From NCBI GenBank assembly GCA_045535005.1, contig JAZSKU010000047.1:1-54968 (forward strand): a stretch of DNA of 54,968 bases. Direction: 5' to 3'. The stretch comes from Bacilli bacterium. GTDB lineage: Bacteria; Bacillota_I; Bacilli_A; RF39; UBA660. Below the pieces are notes generated by a model. That model was not told the DNA's origin. It worked only from the letters and a program-made list of their open reading frames with translations, and ran no database searches. The translations under genes and the position numbers were made by a program. The first letter of the stretch is position 1; each line of letters begins with the position of its first letter. Shown in pieces: positions 26,821 through 36,577 of this stretch.

Positions 26821-28278
26821 ATGAGAACACGTAAATCATTTGTTTTAGTTATTATGTTTGTTTTAATAAGTTCTGTAATATCTTCTTATGCATATTTTAC
26901 TCTTACTATTACAGGTAATGAAAATGCTAAAGATATTGTTGTTACTATGGGAACATTAGAACTTACTTTTATAGATGGGGATGAGGTAGTTGCTACTAAT
27001 ATTTATCCAGGAGATGCAATTAATAAAACTTTATATGTTAAGAATACTGGTACTTTAGATACTAAATATTCATTAATATTAAATGAATATACTAATGAAT
27101 TTCTAAATGAAGAAATTGTACTTAGTGCGACATGTGTTGTTAGAGATAATGCAAGTTCTGAAGTAATTGGTGAATGTGATGGTATAGAGTTACTTTCATT
27201 AAATGAAAATTCTCATTATTTAACTGATGGAGTTGGTATTATTAGTGGACAAACTCATGAATATAATATTAATATTAAGTTTATAGATACTAATAAAGAT
27301 CAAAATTATAATCAAAATAAATCTTTTAGTACTAAGATTAATGTTGTAGAGTACACTTATAAAATGTTTGATAAATGTAATAATGAATCTAAGGATTTAG
27401 CTTGTGTTATGTTAAGAGATAATAAAGTTATAAATGATAAAGATGTAGATTATATTACTGGTGGTGGTGAAGGTTTATACTTCACAAATGAAATAAATTA
27501 TATTGATGAAAATAATGATGGTAATATAAATCCTATATATTTTTATAGAGGTAATGTACTTAATAATTATGTTAAATTAAATAATATGTTATTTAGAATT
27601 ATTAGAACTACTGATTCAGGTGATATTAAGCTTATGTACACTAATGGTATAGATAGTGAATTTAATTCTATGTATAGTGATAATGCTGGTATAGGATATA
27701 TGTATGGTAGTGTTAACTCTAATGATTACTCACTTGTTCATTTAAATACTAATGATAGTGTTGCTAAAAAGAATTTAGAGGGTTTCTTTAAAAATAATTT
27801 AAGTTCTTTAATTAGTAGTGATAATTATGGAAATGATAGTATTTATTGTAATGATAGAAGTATTTATGAAGGTAAAGGTTTTGCAGATGAAGTTACTTAT
27901 TATGAAGGGTATAATAAAGTAAATAATAAGTTACATCCAACTTTAGAATGTAAAAACGTTACTGATAGATTTAGTAAGAGTGAAAATATTAATTATCCAG
28001 TTGGATTATTAAGTCTTGATGAAATTATATATTCTGGTGTTACTTATGAAGGAAAAGGTGAATCTTTCTTAAATAATTATGGTAAACTTGGATTAATGAC
28101 ACCTTCATACTATAGTGGTAGTAAAGTATACTTGTATGGACTTAATGAAGGTATTACTTTATATAGTCATGGTGATGGATTTAAGTTATATCCAGTAATA
28201 TCTATAAGTAATGATAATACTGTTATTACTGGTGGAAACGGATTAATTGATAGTCCATATATATTAAGTTTTAAATAG
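26821..28278 (+). CDS. Secreted protein with a SipW-type (TasA/camelysin-like) signal peptide and N-terminal domain, plus a large C-terminal domain of unknown function
   Basis: RTRKSFVLVIMFVLISSVISSYAYFT resembles the SipW-cognate signal class (xYAYFTD). Start set to the ATG at 26821 after AAGGAG. Confidence 0.6.
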   Translation: MRTRKSFVLVIMFVLISSVISSYAYFTLTITGNENAKDIVVTMGTLELTFIDGDEVVATNIYPGDAINKTLYVKNTGTLDTKYSLILNEYTNEFLNEEIVLSATCVVRDNASSEVIGECDGIELLSLNENSHYLTDGVGIISGQTHEYNINIKFIDTNKDQNYNQNKSFSTKINVVEYTYKMFDKCNNESKDLACVMLRDNKVINDKDVDYITGGGEGLYFTNEINYIDENNDGNINPIYFYRGNVLNNYVKLNNMLFRIIRTTDSGDIKLMYTNGIDSEFNSMYSDNAGIGYMYGSVNSNDYSLVHLNTNDSVAKKNLEGFFKNNLSSLISSDNYGNDSIYCNDRSIYEGKGFADEVTYYEGYNKVNNKLHPTLECKNVTDRFSKSENINYPVGLLSLDEIIYSGVTYEGKGESFLNNYGKLGLMTPSYYSGSKVYLYGLNEGITLYSHGDGFKLYPVISISNDNTVITGGNGLIDSPYILSFK

Positions 28279-28304
28279 ACACTTATTAATTTAAGTGTTT
28301 TTTT
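28279..28304 (+). terminator. Rho-independent terminator
   Basis: ACACTTA/TAAGTGT stem plus a T-run. Confidence 0.7.
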
Positions 28305-28357
28305 ATAGATTTATATTAATATTTATGTTATAATTACCACGAAATGAGGGGATAACT

Positions 28358-29638
28358 ATGTTTATAGATGAAGTTAATTTAAAACTTATCGCTGGTAAAG
28401 GTGGAGATGGATGTACTTCTTTTTTACGTGAAAAGTTTGTTGCTTTAGGTGGACCTGATGGTGGTAATGGGGGCCGTGGTGGAAGTATCATTTTTAAAGC
28501 TGATAAAGGTCTTCGTACTTTAGTAGATTTAAGATATAAAAAAGTTTTAAAAGGAAATCCTGGTAGTCCAGGAAGAGGTAGAAATCAAACTGGTGCTAGT
28601 GCTTTAGATACTGTTATTGTTGTACCTATTGGAACTACTATTAAAGATACTGATACTAATTTAATTATTTGTGATTTAGTTAGTGATGGACAAGAATGTG
28701 TAGTTTGTAAAGGTGGACGTGGTGGTAAAGGTAATGCTGCTTTTATGTCTAATAAGAATAAAGCTCCATATACTAGTGAATATGGTGAACCTGGTGAAGA
28801 GAGAAATGTTTTATGTGAACTTAAACTTTTAGCAGATGTTGGATTAATTGGTTTTCCAAGTGTAGGTAAGAGTTCATTAATAAGTGTTATTTCTGCATCT
28901 AAACCTAAAATAGCTGATTATCATTTTACTACTTTAGTACCAAATTTAGGTGTAGTTAAAGCTGGAGACTATAGTTATGTTGTTGCTGACTTACCTGGTA
29001 TGATTGAAGGAGCTAGTGATGGTATTGGTTTAGGAGATAAATTCTTAAAACATGCTAGTCGTTGTAAGATTGTTGCTCATGTACTTGATATGGGTGAGGT
29101 TGATGGTAGAGATGTAGTAAGTGATTATGAAATTATTCGTAATGAACTTAAAAATTATGATGAAAAGTTATTTAATAAAAAAGAAATTATAATTGCTAAT
29201 AAAATGGATTTAGAAGTATCTAAAGATAATTTAGAGAAATTTAAAAAAGCATATCCAGATTCTACAATTATTGAAGTATCTGCTGCTACATTAGATGGTA
29301 CTAAAGAACTTATATTTAAATTAAGTGAAATACTTCAGGATACTAGTGATGAAGATGTATATGGTAAAGAAGAATTTGAAGATTATGTATTATATGAATT
29401 TAGAAATGAAAAACCATATAGAATTCTTCATGAAGGTAATAAATGGATTATTACTGGACCTGAACTTGAAAAGTTACTTAAGATGACTAAATTTAATAGT
29501 GATGAAGCTGCTTTAAGATTTGCATCTAAACTTAAACATTTAGGTGTTGATGATGAACTTAAAGAGTTAGGTGCTAAACATGGTGATACAGTATGTATTT
29601 TAGATCAAGAATTTGAATATGAGGAGAGACTTTATTAA
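28358..29638 (+). CDS. obg: GTPase Obg/CgtA
   Basis: MFIDEVNLKLIAGKGGDG Obg-fold N-terminus. G motifs GFPSVGKSS, DLPG, NKMD. C-terminal OCT-like domain. Confidence 0.95.
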   Translation: MFIDEVNLKLIAGKGGDGCTSFLREKFVALGGPDGGNGGRGGSIIFKADKGLRTLVDLRYKKVLKGNPGSPGRGRNQTGASALDTVIVVPIGTTIKDTDTNLIICDLVSDGQECVVCKGGRGGKGNAAFMSNKNKAPYTSEYGEPGEERNVLCELKLLADVGLIGFPSVGKSSLISVISASKPKIADYHFTTLVPNLGVVKAGDYSYVVADLPGMIEGASDGIGLGDKFLKHASRCKIVAHVLDMGEVDGRDVVSDYEIIRNELKNYDEKLFNKKEIIIANKMDLEVSKDNLEKFKKAYPDSTIIEVSAATLDGTKELIFKLSEILQDTSDEDVYGKEEFEDYVLYEFRNEKPYRILHEGNKWIITGPELEKLLKMTKFNSDEAALRFASKLKHLGVDDELKELGAKHGDTVCILDQEFEYEERLY

Positions 29639-29829
29639 TGAAGAAATTAATTCTTAAAATAGTTAGTGTTATTGTTATAGTAGTTGTATTATTTGCTGCT
29701 ATTCTTATAATTGATACTATTAGACATAAGGATGATTGTTGTTCTCCTTGTGATGGAGAAGAAATATGTATGACAGTATGTGCTAGATGTAAGTGTCCTC
29801 TTGACTTTATACATAACTTATTAGATTAA
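29638..29829 (+). CDS. Small membrane protein with a cysteine-rich tail (63 aa), translationally coupled to obg
   Basis: The ATG overlaps the obg stop (TAATG). One TM helix, then 7 Cys in CCSPCDGEEICMTVCARCKC. A terminator follows. Confidence 0.5.
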   Translation: MKKLILKIVSVIVIVVVLFAAILIIDTIRHKDDCCSPCDGEEICMTVCARCKCPLDFIHNLLD

Positions 29830-29853
29830 TCTTAAAAGATTAATCTTTTTTTT
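29823..29853 (+). terminator. Rho-independent terminator
   Basis: The palindromic AGATTAATCT occurs twice, forming a 10-bp stem, followed by an 8-T run. Confidence 0.7.
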
Positions 29854-29896
29854 ATTATAAAAAACTGATATAATTTAATGTGAGGATGTGTGAAAA

Positions 29897-30421
29897 ATGG
29901 TTGAAAAGTTTATGCCTGATGTTTATCAAAAGAGCATATATTATATAAATTATGATAAGTTATTTAAAAAAGGTATTAGATGCTTACTTTTTGATTTAGA
30001 TAATACTATAACTCCTAGTCATGTTTCTAAGCCTACTAAGAGAGTTAAAAAGTTATTTGAAGAATTAAAAGATAAAGGATTTAAGATAATTATATTATCT
30101 AATGCTCCTAAATATAGAGTAGAAGCATTTAAGAATTATTTAAATGTAGATGCTTGTGCTTTTGCATTAAAGCCAAGAAAAGATAAATACGAAAAAATAT
30201 TAGAGAGATTTAAGTATAAACATACTGAAGTAGCTGCGATAGGAGATCAATTACTTACTGATGTATGGGGAGCTAATAAGATGGATATTGTTAGTGTACT
30301 TGTTAATCCACTTAGTAAGGATGATTATAGTGTTACTTTTTTTGCTAGAATAGTAGAAAAGTATATATATGGTTCTTTAGAAAAGAAAGATGTGTTTAAA
30401 AGAGGAAGTTATTATGATTAA
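29897..30421 (+). CDS. yqeG: YqeG-family HAD phosphatase (subfamily IIIA)
   Basis: LLFDLDNTI motif I, SNAP, GDQLLTDV. Conserved pairing with yqeH. Confidence 0.85.
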   Translation: MVEKFMPDVYQKSIYYINYDKLFKKGIRCLLFDLDNTITPSHVSKPTKRVKKLFEELKDKGFKIIILSNAPKYRVEAFKNYLNVDACAFALKPRKDKYEKILERFKYKHTEVAAIGDQLLTDVWGANKMDIVSVLVNPLSKDDYSVTFFARIVEKYIYGSLEKKDVFKRGSYYD

Positions 30422-31415
30422 AAAGTGTATAGGATGTGGTAGTGTTCTTCAAACTGAGAGAATCAATGATGAAGGTTTTGTTAGATTAAATGTATATGAT
30501 AAGAGTGAATATTGTGAAAGATGTTTTAAAATTATACATTATGGAGAATACAGTGTTTTAGATAAAAAGATTGATACAGATGGAATTATTAGAAATATTA
30601 ATAGTGATAAAATGGCATCTGTTGCTTTTTTGGTGGATCCTATAAACATTAATGATAATATAAAGAAATATATAAAGAAATTTAAAAATAATAAATATAT
30701 AATTGTTACTAAAAGAGATATATTACCTAAGAGTTTAAAAGATAGAAAACTTATAGAATATATTAAAAATAATATATTAGATACTGATAATATTATGTGT
30801 GTATCTTCTGTTAAAAAATATAATATTGATTCATTTATGAAAAGAATGGAAGAAGATAACGTTAGAAGACTATACATAGTTGGTTTTACTAATGCTGGTA
30901 AGAGTACATTCATTAATCAAATATTATCTAGTTTATCTTTAAAACCTGTTATTACTACTAGTAGTGTACCTAATACTACTGCTAGTTATATAACTATGAA
31001 AGTTAGTAAGAAACTTACTATTGTAGATACTCCTGGGTTTATTGATAATAGTGCTATATATAATTATATTGATTATAAGAAAATTGTTAAGTGTTATCCA
31101 AAGAAGGAAATTAGAGTTAAGACTTTTCAAACTAGAAAAGGATATTCTATAGTAGTTAATGATTTTCTTAGAATAGATAATAATGGGCCTAAAATGAATA
31201 GTTTTAGTTTCTATATGAGTGATAAGTTAAGATATGAGAAAGTTAAGGAAAAGAACTCTAAATTAACTGATTTACCTAGTATTAGTTATGATGTTTTTGA
31301 AAGTGTAGATATTGTAATTAATGGTCTTGGATTTATTAGAGTTACTAAACCTGGTAATATTCGTATTTATACTTTAGATACTAAACTTGTTACTTTAAGA
31401 AAGAGTATGATTTAA
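30414..31415 (+). CDS. yqeH: Ribosome biogenesis GTPase YqeH (circularly permuted)
   Basis: N-terminal zinc finger CIGCG...CERC. Permuted G motifs TKRD, then GFTNAGKST, DTPG. Start set to the ATG at 30414. Confidence 0.85.
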   Translation: MIKKCIGCGSVLQTERINDEGFVRLNVYDKSEYCERCFKIIHYGEYSVLDKKIDTDGIIRNINSDKMASVAFLVDPININDNIKKYIKKFKNNKYIIVTKRDILPKSLKDRKLIEYIKNNILDTDNIMCVSSVKKYNIDSFMKRMEEDNVRRLYIVGFTNAGKSTFINQILSSLSLKPVITTSSVPNTTASYITMKVSKKLTIVDTPGFIDNSAIYNYIDYKKIVKCYPKKEIRVKTFQTRKGYSIVVNDFLRIDNNGPKMNSFSFYMSDKLRYEKVKEKNSKLTDLPSISYDVFESVDIVINGLGFIRVTKPGNIRIYTLDTKLVTLRKSMI

Positions 31416-31416
31416 T

Positions 31417-33123
31417 ATGGGTAAGATTAATGTAATGAGTGAAAACTTAGCAAATAAGATTGCTGCTGGTGAAGTAGTTGAAAGAATTGCTAATGTTGTT
31501 AAAGAACTTGTAGAAAATAGTATTGATGCAGGTAGTAAGAATATTAAAATAGAACTTATTGAAGCAGGATGTACATCTATTAAGATAGTTGATGATGGAT
31601 GTGGAATGAGTAGAGAAGATGCTATTATATGTTTTAGTCGTCATGCTACATCTAAAATTAAAACTGAGAATGATTTATATTTTATAAATACTTTAGGGTT
31701 TCGTGGTGAAGCTCTTGCTGCGATAAGTAGTGTTAGTGATATAGTACTTGATACTTATGATGGAAATGAATCTACGCTTGTTAAAATTAATGGTGGTAAA
31801 TTAATTGAAACATCAGTAGGAAGTATGAGAGTGGGTACTATTATTGAAGTTAAAAAGTTATTTTATAATACTCCAGCTAGACTTAAGTTTATGAAGAGTG
31901 TTACATCTGAACTTAACTTAACTTGTAATTTTATTGAAAAGATTGCTTTATCTCATCCTGATATTAGTTTTACTTTAATAAACGATGATAAAACTTTAAT
32001 TAAGACTAGCGGTAGTGATGATTTATTTAAAACTATTCATGAGATTTTTGGATATAATACATCTAAGAATATGGTTCATATAAGTGCTGAAAATTATGAT
32101 TATATGATAGATGGTTATGTAAGTAATATTAATGTATCTAAATCTAATCGTAATAGTATGATTATTTTAGTTAATGGAAGAGTAGTTAATAATATAAATG
32201 TAAATAGATGTATTAAAGATGCTTATCATACAGTACTTGCTGATAATAAGTATCCTGTTGTTGTTATAAATATAATAACTGATCCAACGCTTGTGGACGT
32301 TAATATTCATCCTACTAAACAAGATATTAAATTTTCTAAGTTTGAGAGTTTAGAAGATTTACTTTTTTCTACTATAAGAAGTGCTATTATTAAAACAGAT
32401 AATGTATTTAAAGCATATACTGAAAAGAAAGAAGAAGAGGTAGTAGAAACTCCTGTTAAAGTTATTGAAAATATTAGACTTAACTTTGATGTTAAAGAGG
32501 AAGAATCTACTTATAATGAAAGTGAATTTGATAAAGAAAGTGTTCTTATTAAACCTGTTGGTCTTGCTCTTGGAACTTATTTAATAGCTCAAGATGAAGA
32601 TATTATGTATATGATAGATATTCATGCTGCTAATGAAAGAATTAATTATGAGAAATATATGAATGCTTTAAAAGATAAAGATGTTTATACTACTTCTATG
32701 TTATTTCCACTTACTTTTGAATATACTGAAAGTGAAGCTATGTCTATTAATGAAAATATAGATGAAATAAGAAATTTAGGATTTGAAATAGAAGAATTTG
32801 GTATTAATACTTTTAGAGTTACTAGTCATCCATCTTGGTTAAAAGAAGGATACGAAGAAGAAAGTATTAGAAGAATACTTGAATTATTTATTGAATTAAA
32901 AGGTAAATTTGATAGAGTTAAGTTTTGTGAAAGTGCTGCTATTATGTTATCTTGTAAGATGAGTGTTAAAGCTAATACTAATATTTCTTATAGTGAGCAA
33001 GAAGTGTTATTAAATAGATTATTTAAGTGTGAATTTCCATATACTTGTCCTCATGGTAGACCTACTATTATTAAGTATCCTATATATGAACTTGAAAAGT
33101 TATTTAAGAGAGTTAATTCATGA
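31417..33123 (+). CDS. mutL: DNA mismatch repair endonuclease MutL
   Basis: GHKL ATPase N-terminus LANKIAAGEVVERIANVVKELVENSIDAG, GFRGEAL. C-terminal DIHAANERINYE endonuclease motif and CPHGRP. Confidence 0.95.
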   Translation: MGKINVMSENLANKIAAGEVVERIANVVKELVENSIDAGSKNIKIELIEAGCTSIKIVDDGCGMSREDAIICFSRHATSKIKTENDLYFINTLGFRGEALAAISSVSDIVLDTYDGNESTLVKINGGKLIETSVGSMRVGTIIEVKKLFYNTPARLKFMKSVTSELNLTCNFIEKIALSHPDISFTLINDDKTLIKTSGSDDLFKTIHEIFGYNTSKNMVHISAENYDYMIDGYVSNINVSKSNRNSMIILVNGRVVNNINVNRCIKDAYHTVLADNKYPVVVINIITDPTLVDVNIHPTKQDIKFSKFESLEDLLFSTIRSAIIKTDNVFKAYTEKKEEEVVETPVKVIENIRLNFDVKEEESTYNESEFDKESVLIKPVGLALGTYLIAQDEDIMYMIDIHAANERINYEKYMNALKDKDVYTTSMLFPLTFEYTESEAMSINENIDEIRNLGFEIEEFGINTFRVTSHPSWLKEGYEEESIRRILELFIELKGKFDRVKFCESAAIMLSCKMSVKANTNISYSEQEVLLNRLFKCEFPYTCPHGRPTIIKYPIYELEKLFKRVNS

Positions 33124-33272
33124 TAGATAAATATAAGGAAATAAGAGATAGTATTAAAGAGTTTATGGATTTATTAGATTCTCTAGGCTATGAATTAAAT
33201 GAAGATGGGGATATAGTATATAAGGATACTAAAAAGTTAGTTATGGATTTTAGGGGTGAAGATAATGAGTAA
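33120..33272 (+). CDS. Possible 50-aa acidic protein overlapping the mutL stop and the miaA start
   Basis: ATGA overlap with the mutL stop. Its TAA overlaps the miaA ATG region. AAGAGAG lies 7 nt upstream. Not in the ORF track (under 60 aa). Translation: MIDKYKEIRDSIKEFMDLLDSLGYELNEDGDIVYKDTKKLVMDFRGEDNE. Confidence 0.35.
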   Translation: MIDKYKEIRDSIKEFMDLLDSLGYELNEDGDIVYKDTKKLVMDFRGEDNE

Positions 33273-34143
33273 AATTATTGTTATAGTTGGAGCTACTGCT
33301 ACTGGTAAGACTAAAGCATCTATTAGTTTAGCTCGTGAATTAAATGCTGAAATTATTAATGCTGACTCAACTGCGTTATATAAAGAAGCATCTATTGCGA
33401 CAGCTAAAGTTACAGAAGAAGAGAAGTGTGGTATTGTTCATCATATGATGGATTTAATTACTTTAGATGAACAATATTCTATATATGATTATCAAAAGAA
33501 TGGTAGACTTATATTAGATAAATTAATAAGTGAAGATAAAAATGTTATTATAGTAGGTGGTAGTGGTTTATATATAAAAGCATTACTTTATAATTATGAA
33601 TTATCTGATGAAGAAAAAGAAAGTTATGACTATAGTAATTATACTAATTCTGAACTTAAATCTATGGCAGATGAAATTGGTGAAAATGATATTCATGTTA
33701 ATAATAGAAAGAGACTTGAAAGATTTATAACTTATTATAAAAATACAGGTAATGTTATGAAAAGTAGTACATCTACTATGGAAAGAATGTATGACTTTGC
33801 TACTATAGGTCTTGATGCTCCTAGGGAAGAGATGTATAACTATATTAATAAGAGAACTGATAAAATGTTTGATGATGGAGTACTTGATGAAGCTAAATGG
33901 TTATATTCTAAAAATTATAAATTCTTTTCTAATATAATTGGTTATAAAGAGTTAGAGTTATATTTTAAAAATAAAATATCTTTAGATGAAGCTAAAGACT
34001 TAATTAAACAAAATACTAGACATTATGCTAAAAGACAATTAACTTGGTTTAAGAATCAAATGGATGATGTTAAATGGTTTAATGTTAATTATGAAAACTT
34101 TGATGAAACAATTAATGAAATAAAAAAGTATCTTAATATTTAA
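33265..34143 (+). CDS. miaA: tRNA dimethylallyltransferase MiaA
   Basis: P-loop VIVGATATGKT, HHMMDL, RHYAKRQLTWF. Confidence 0.9.
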   Translation: MSKIIVIVGATATGKTKASISLARELNAEIINADSTALYKEASIATAKVTEEEKCGIVHHMMDLITLDEQYSIYDYQKNGRLILDKLISEDKNVIIVGGSGLYIKALLYNYELSDEEKESYDYSNYTNSELKSMADEIGENDIHVNNRKRLERFITYYKNTGNVMKSSTSTMERMYDFATIGLDAPREEMYNYINKRTDKMFDDGVLDEAKWLYSKNYKFFSNIIGYKELELYFKNKISLDEAKDLIKQNTRHYAKRQLTWFKNQMDDVKWFNVNYENFDETINEIKKYLNI

Positions 34144-34150
34144 GATACTT

Positions 34151-35062
34151 TTATTTTAATTCTAAATAATAATCTATATTGAAATTATGTTCTTCTACAT
34201 CTTTTTGTAGTAATTCTTCTGTACTTAACATGAAGAAGTTATATGTATTATTTTGATTTACTTCATCATCATCCCATGTTACATCTATATGATGCCACTT
34301 GTTTTCAAAATATACTACATTCCATACATGATCTTCACTTGATACTTTAAAGTTTGGAATATTTAATCTATCTATTATTATTGCATATAGATCTGTGTAA
34401 CCACTACATATTGCTTTTCCGTTTTTAATTGCTCCATAAGCTTTAGATGGGGCAGAGAACATATTTTCTTCTGTATAACTTTCATCATATGATACTTTTT
34501 TTATTATGGTATTATGTACGAATTTTAATTTGTTTAAATTTATTATATTATTTGTAATATAGTTTTCATATAAGTAATCTACATATTCTTCAATATAAGC
34601 TATTTCTTCTTCTGAATATAGTTTTTCTATTGATAAATAAATTGTTTTGTTACCTGTAATTGTTGTATTGTATTTTAAGTATGTATTGTATGGATGAACA
34701 TAGTTATTTAAGATTGCTAATTCTTTATTATTATCAGCAAGTAATTTTACATCATCTATACATGTTTCGTATTCACTAGGGCAGTAGAATGTAAATTCAT
34801 TCCATCCATTATTAAGCACTGTATAATATATATTTTTTAAATCTTCTATATTTTTTGGTTCGAATGAAGTAACATTTTTAACTGTTTTAAATTCATAACT
34901 TTTATTGTTTGATTTATATTCTGGTATTATTACTTCGTAACCTTTAGCTTTTTCTATTATATTTGTACCGTAATCTTTTATTTCATCGTATTTAACTATT
35001 GTTATATAGCTTATTATAGCTAGTATTAATAATATATTTATTGTAATTAATATCTTTCTCAA
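34151..35062 (-). CDS. Membrane-anchored transglutaminase-like (Cys-His-Asp) domain protein
   Basis: KAICSGYTDLY (Cys), HVWNVV (His), HIDVTWDD (Asp). N-terminal TM helix. Confidence 0.7.
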   Translation of the reverse strand: MRKILITINILLILAIISYITIVKYDEIKDYGTNIIEKAKGYEVIIPEYKSNNKSYEFKTVKNVTSFEPKNIEDLKNIYYTVLNNGWNEFTFYCPSEYETCIDDVKLLADNNKELAILNNYVHPYNTYLKYNTTITGNKTIYLSIEKLYSEEEIAYIEEYVDYLYENYITNNIINLNKLKFVHNTIIKKVSYDESYTEENMFSAPSKAYGAIKNGKAICSGYTDLYAIIIDRLNIPNFKVSSEDHVWNVVYFENKWHHIDVTWDDDEVNQNNTYNFFMLSTEELLQKDVEEHNFNIDYYLELK

Positions 35063-35086
35063 TTTTATTCACCAAAATAATTATAA

Positions 35087-35111
35087 CAAAAAAAGTAGAT
35101 AATATCTACTT
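35087..35111 (-). terminator. Rho-independent terminator of rpsT
   Basis: On the minus strand: AGTAGAT/ATCTACT stem followed by a 7-T run. Confidence 0.7.
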
Positions 35112-35113
35112 AA

Positions 35114-35365
35114 TTATTTTTCGTTTACTACTTTATTTAATCTTGTTTTATATCTGTCTCTAGTATTAGCTTTAATAACTCCTTTAGAAGCAGCTACATC
35201 GATTCTTTTAATAGCTTCTGGTAACTTAGCTTGTGCTTCTTCTTTAGTGTGAGCTTTTTCAACTTTTTTAATAGCAGTTTTCATACTAGCTTTAACATCG
35301 TTATTTAGTACTGTTTCTTTCTTTGTGATTAATACTCTTTTTTTAGCACTTTTAATATTAGGCAT
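35114..35365 (-). CDS. rpsT: 30S ribosomal protein S20
   Basis: MPNIKSAKKRV N-terminus. Basic 83-aa helical protein. RBS GGGAGGTGG. Confidence 0.95.
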   Translation of the reverse strand: MPNIKSAKKRVLITKKETVLNNDVKASMKTAIKKVEKAHTKEEAQAKLPEAIKRIDVAASKGVIKANTRDRYKTRLNKVVNEK

Positions 35366-35490
35366 TATTCCACCTCCCTTAAGACTTCTTTAATAATAAC
35401 AAATAAAATATAAAAAATCAATCTTTTCTAGGTTTTTTCGACATATTTTTAATATTTAAGATTATATATTTTATTTATGGAGAAGATTTT

Positions 35491-36261
35491 ATGGATAAAA
35501 AAGTTATAATTTTTAGAGTATTTATTTTTATTATTGTTGTTCTTTATATTTATTATTATATTTCAAATGAGTTTTTTATTGAGAGTATTGTAAGTGATAT
35601 AGTGGGTGATGCTAAAAAGAAGGTAAGTTATCATATTAATACTTCTAGTAGTAATAATTATAATCCTTTGGTTTATATTTATAATACTCATCAAGATGAA
35701 GCTTATTTTCTTCCTTTTACTAATGATTATAGTGTTATTCCTACTGTTAAAACAGCATCTTTGATATTTAAAGATCATTTAAATGATGTGGGTATTTCTT
35801 CTTATATTGAATCTAGAAGTATTAAGAGTTATTTAAATAAGAATAATCTTGGTTATAGTGGGTGTTATGAAGCAAGTAGGAGTTATTTAAAAGAAGCTAG
35901 GAAGAAATATAATTTTGAATATTATATAGATATCCATAGAGATTCTATTAAAAGGAAGGCTTCTTTATATACTAAAAATGGTGTTAATTATGCAAGAATA
36001 TTATTTGTTGTATCTATTAAACATAAGAATTATAAATCTAATTTAGAGTTTGTTAATTCTATAAATAATATTATTGAAAGAGATTATAAAGGTCTTAGTC
36101 GTGGGCTTTATAAAAGAAGTGATGTTATATTTAATCAGGATATTAGTCCTCATGCTGTGTTGATTGAAATAGGTGGAGTGGATAATACTATTGATGAAAT
36201 AAATAATACTTTAAAGGTTATAGCTATTTCTTTAAAAGAATATATGGAGAAATATGGATAA
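35491..36261 (+). CDS. spoIIP: Stage II sporulation protein P (SpoIIP) family amidase
   Basis: IYNTHQDEAY, DIHRD and VLIEIGGVDNTIDE match SpoIIP signature strings. N-terminal TM anchor. Confidence 0.75.
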   Translation: MDKKVIIFRVFIFIIVVLYIYYYISNEFFIESIVSDIVGDAKKKVSYHINTSSSNNYNPLVYIYNTHQDEAYFLPFTNDYSVIPTVKTASLIFKDHLNDVGISSYIESRSIKSYLNKNNLGYSGCYEASRSYLKEARKKYNFEYYIDIHRDSIKRKASLYTKNGVNYARILFVVSIKHKNYKSNLEFVNSINNIIERDYKGLSRGLYKRSDVIFNQDISPHAVLIEIGGVDNTIDEINNTLKVIAISLKEYMEKYG

Positions 36262-36577
36262 TAAGAGAAACTATTTTAATTATGTTGTTCTTATATTATT
36301 TTGTTTGTTTGTTATGAGTTATGTAAGTAGTACTAAAAATTATTATTTATATAAAACATATCAAAAGAATAATATTACTCATGAAAATATTATTAAGTTT
36401 GAAAGTGATATTGAAGAAGGGAAAGATGTTACATTAAATGATTATATAGAGGAAGAGAAAGACTACACTAATACCTTTAATAAGCTTGGTACTTCAGTTG
36501 GTATTTTTGTTGAAAGTATGATGAAGGATGGCATAAAAAAATCACTAGAAGTTTTTTTAAGATTATTCTTTAACTAA
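36254..36577 (+). CDS. Hypothetical membrane-anchored protein (107 aa)
   Basis: Overlaps the spoIIP stop. One N-terminal TM helix. GGAGA RBS. Confidence 0.45.
   Translation: MDNKRNYFNYVVLILFCLFVMSYVSSTKNYYLYKTYQKNNITHENIIKFESDIEEGKDVTLNDYIEEEKDYTNTFNKLGTSVGIFVESMMKDGIKKSLEVFLRLFFN

Noticed and set aside
33121-33123. Possibility that the organism uses genetic code 4 (TGA = Trp), given the very low GC content
   Set aside because: mutL terminates at a TGA exactly where MutL homologs end. Full-length conserved proteins are obtained throughout with TGA as a stop.
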